The translations under genes and the position numbers were made by a program. A stretch of DNA of 63,861 bases, counting the filler, from Asterionella formosa (Eukaryota), in the NCBI GenBank assembly GCA_002256025.1. It is 17 parts of 17 records of this genome, joined end to end, with 100 filler letters (N's around TTAATTAATTAA, not from the genome) between each part and the next. Parts side by side here need not be neighbours in the genome. Positions count along the whole stretch, not along the records: positions 61,144 to 62,452 come from NKIB01003087.1; positions 62,553 to 63,861 come from NKIB01003088.1; 15 more parts are not named here. One strand, 5' to 3'. How positions within the stretch are numbered: position 1 is the stretch's first letter; every line of letters begins with the position of its first letter. The notes beneath the pieces are model-generated. The model made no database searches. It saw only the letters and a list, made by a program, of their open reading frames with translations, and was not told where the DNA came from. Below are positions 61,144-63,861 of this stretch, piece after piece.

Positions 61144-62452
61144 CAATTATGTCATAGACGAAAATAAAGTTGATAAGGATATTTCTGGGTTACCTGGAAG
61201 TGATGAGGCAGATGACATCCAGGAGATTTTAGCTGAAATCACCCCAGTCTACAATTCTCCACTTGGTTGGAGATATTTGCCAACGGTTGAGAAATTGGAT
61301 GTAATGCCTGGTACTTCTGTCATTCAAGATGTTATTCTTGAAAGAATTGCTAACATGGGTTTGCAAAGACCTCCAGGTAATATTGAAAGAAAAAGGTTGG
61401 AATTACATGAATTAAATTTAATGCAGATCATAATTGATTGTTGAAAAAAAATATTCATTTCAATGTGTCACCTTGAGACAAGAGATTAAAGACCTGATCA
61501 CGCTTTCTTTTACACAATGCAATTTCTAAATGAGCTTGGACAATGTCAGAACTTGAAGAGTCATAATCTTTATTTTCGAGTTCTTCCAGTTCCTCCCGCG
61601 CAACTCTTAGTCGGACCTTATACTTATCTAAGACATCCAGTAGATCATTTTCTCTGCGTGGTGCAGTTGTAGACTCTAGCAGTCTGAGTTTTGCAACATT
61701 TGACTTCTCAAATGATTCCAATGCAATTGCAAGATTTTGAAAAGATGATGTAGGTTTTTGCGTCAAGATTGCATGTCTTCCCTTCTTTCTAACACTGAAA
61801 TTGCTTGAAGATTTTGATTTTGATGACAATTAGTGGCAGTATCGTCAATGTCTATACTCTCACGGCCGGAAGGCATATTTTGGTAACAGTGGTACAGCAA
61901 AATTCAATAGATGTGGAACTTGACACAACCAAAGATGGTAGTAATATAGGAAATGACGTGACCCAACAAATTTGACAAAATCATCATGATTGCCTGATTG
62001 TTTGTTTTTTCGATAGGCAACTTGATAATGATGATTAATGTATCCCATTACCAATGAAAAGTCTTTGGAAGTGAGGACATCATATTTTTTTGCGTATTCA
62101 GCATCAATTCCAACTTGGTCCCAGTATTCATCTTCGGAAAATGCTAGAATGATGCAGTCGTCATCCTCATCATCATCATATGTGACAACAAGTCGATCGA
62201 AAATGAACTTGTGTCGAAATCTTCTTGCATCAAGTTCAGCCAGAGTTGGTGGCTGACCTAGACGCAAAACATCACTGCGATGCTTGTTGCACATGTAGAC
62301 ATTAATGACACGGAAGTATGTGTTTATGCAGGTCACAGCATCTGGAGGGGTTGACTTTGCCTGTGCCTTATTCTTTTTCGCCTTTTTCACAGGAGGGTTC
62401 ACTTCCTCTTGTTCAAACTGAGGATCGACCAAAGACTCATGTGGCTGCACTG
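61144..62452. mobile_element. PIF/Harbinger-type element interior: convergent transposase C-terminus (+, 61145-61444) and accessory ORF (-, 61455-62450)
   Basis: Plus frame reads NYVIDE...SPLGWRYLPTVE...PGTSVIQDVILERIANMGLQRPPGNIER (follows the LHN motif of DDE_Tnp_4). Minus ORF FRVINV...AELDAR...SGNHDDFVKF...YYHLWL resembles stramenopile Harbinger partner proteins (from memory). Confidence 0.65.
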
Positions 62453-63036
62453 NNNNNNNNNNNNNNNNNNNNNNNNNNNNNNNNNNNNNNNNNNNNTTAA
62501 TTAATTAANNNNNNNNNNNNNNNNNNNNNNNNNNNNNNNNNNNNNNNNNNNNCTTCCTCTAGGCTGGTTGTTATTGCAAAAGTCTAATCTATAACATATT
62601 ATTGTGATATGACTGATGTGGTCACATATAATTTTGATGATCCAAATGCATAGTACAAAATATTTTATCATTAATGCATACATTTGACCTCAACAATATC
62701 TTTCTTATTTCTAATTAAAAATAGAAATATCACATACTTAGAGAAATATACATTCAAAGATCATACCTGAATACCCAACTGCTCCAGGAAGAGAGAAAAG
62801 TTCATTCTTTTCTTGCACAACAATACGAGGTATTATACCATTCATTCTTTTCTTGCACAACAATACGCAAATTTAGAACGAGGTATTATACCATTAGTAT
62901 TTGCTTGAAATATTGGCTTGTCATATTTACTTACAAACTAATAAATCTGATAAATTTTTATTTAGATTATTCCATTCAGAACATAAGTCTCAGTAATCTC
63001 ACGATAATAACAGAAAATAGCTCAACCTGCATATTA

Positions 63037-63861
63037 TTACATAACTGTACATCCCCCACGCTTCCCCTTATAAATCTTGGCCAATTTCATAGTATCTACC
63101 CATGAACTCAAATTCTTTGTATTGGGATTCCATTGCTTAGGCTCCCTATCCAACAAGTTATTCACGAGCCGAAGAAAGCCTTTCATGTCACCTTGGGGGT
63201 CGACAGTCATGACAGAGTCACCCAACAACAGCCTCAGAAATTGACGGACTTCGTCGATAGTCAATTGCCGCTCATCGAGCAAGTCCAAGAGTCGATTATT
63301 GTAGCCCATCTCACGACATCGATGCAGAGGAAGGGCGTAGTTGAGCCACTTGTTATGTTCGTACACTTCCTTGGCTTCTTCCATAAAATCATCAAGCACT
63401 TCCAGTGACAATTCCAACTGACTGTCCAAGCTGTTGTAGAATTCAACAACATCTTCCTCATCAGTGCAAAGTCTTATAACCACCCATACAGGAAGTCCTT
63501 CGAGGGATTTCAAGGCGTTTACAAGGTCCCTTTTCGTGCTATCATTGCATGTACCAAAGCCATCGGTAGGAAGTCCGTCGGTAGCCAAAATAATGGCAAC
63601 CTTGGTTCCGTCTTGTCGCAATTTAGGTTCTAGATTGAGCACATTTTGTCGAATCTCAAGAATGTGGGCGACCAATGGAGTAACGCCAGCCGGAGTAGCA
63701 TTTAGCATGACAGACTGCGCTAGTACTACTTCATGGTCGAGATTGTCTGGTCCATTTTCGCCAACGCTGAATTGCTGGGGCCCAACCGCTCTACCAGGAT
63801 CATTGAGGAGACGAAAGACAGTAGGCGCTTGCAAAAGGGCCGCCATTTGGACATGGTAATC
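63037..63861 (-). CDS. vWA-domain protein, 5'-truncated, with C-terminal CaaX motif
   Basis: GVTPL, IILATDGLPTD (MIDAS parts), VVIRLCTD, LEVLDDF and LHRCREMG; ends KGKRGGCTVM*. Confidence 0.8.
   Translation of the reverse strand, partial: DYHVQMAALLQAPTVFRLLNDPGRAVGPQQFSVGENGPDNLDHEVVLAQSVMLNATPAGVTPLVAHILEIRQNVLNLEPKLRQDGTKVAIILATDGLPTDGFGTCNDSTKRDLVNALKSLEGLPVWVVIRLCTDEEDVVEFYNSLDSQLELSLEVLDDFMEEAKEVYEHNKWLNYALPLHRCREMGYNNRLLDLLDERQLTIDEVRQFLRLLLGDSVMTVDPQGDMKGFLRLVNNLLDREPKQWNPNTKNLSSWVDTMKLAKIYKGKRGGCTVM

Noticed and set aside
42701..63861. Clustering of many transposases, satellites and gene fragments as one composite island
   Set aside because: These are 15 independent ~1.31-kb contigs, so their order carries no biological information.

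Overview
Eukaryotic nuclear DNA, almost certainly a diatom (short GT-AG introns, CoDi-type copia elements, DUF6824 protein, signal-peptide+Phe plastid presequence). It is not one locus. 100-bp artificial spacers (N44-TTAATTAATTAA-N44) join two ~21.3-kb gene-rich contigs (1-21319, 21420-42700) and fifteen unrelated ~1.31-kb contigs, so adjacency across spacers is meaningless. The large contigs carry about 15 host genes: ZNHIT3-like, membrane-anchored GH3 beta-glucosidase, HAD-like protein, CRT-like transporter, HIBADH, ICME-like esterase, DUF2780-like protein, triple-DUF6824 protein, GPAA1, probably plastid-targeted PRORP, bZIP, BUD20 and hypotheticals. They also hold a decayed AAA/STAND-type pseudogene, a CoDi copia with its RNase H deleted, and a TTAA-flanked GG...CC (Kolobok-like) non-autonomous transposon abutting a probable older relative. 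The small contigs are mostly repeats: pogo-, Tc1/IS630-, Harbinger-, copia- and LINE-type fragments, several 178-196 bp satellites, a 92-bp-arm palindrome, a tandemly duplicated frameshifted PGRL1 fragment, and pieces of ABCA and vWA genes. No CRISPR array, rRNA or tRNA was recognised, and I cannot support a complete novel multi-gene system. The best unexplained signals are the Kolobok-like family, a pervasive intergenic GGTACC/ACCWGGT/ACCGGT motif language beside CpG-eroded relics, and the nucleosome-length satellites.
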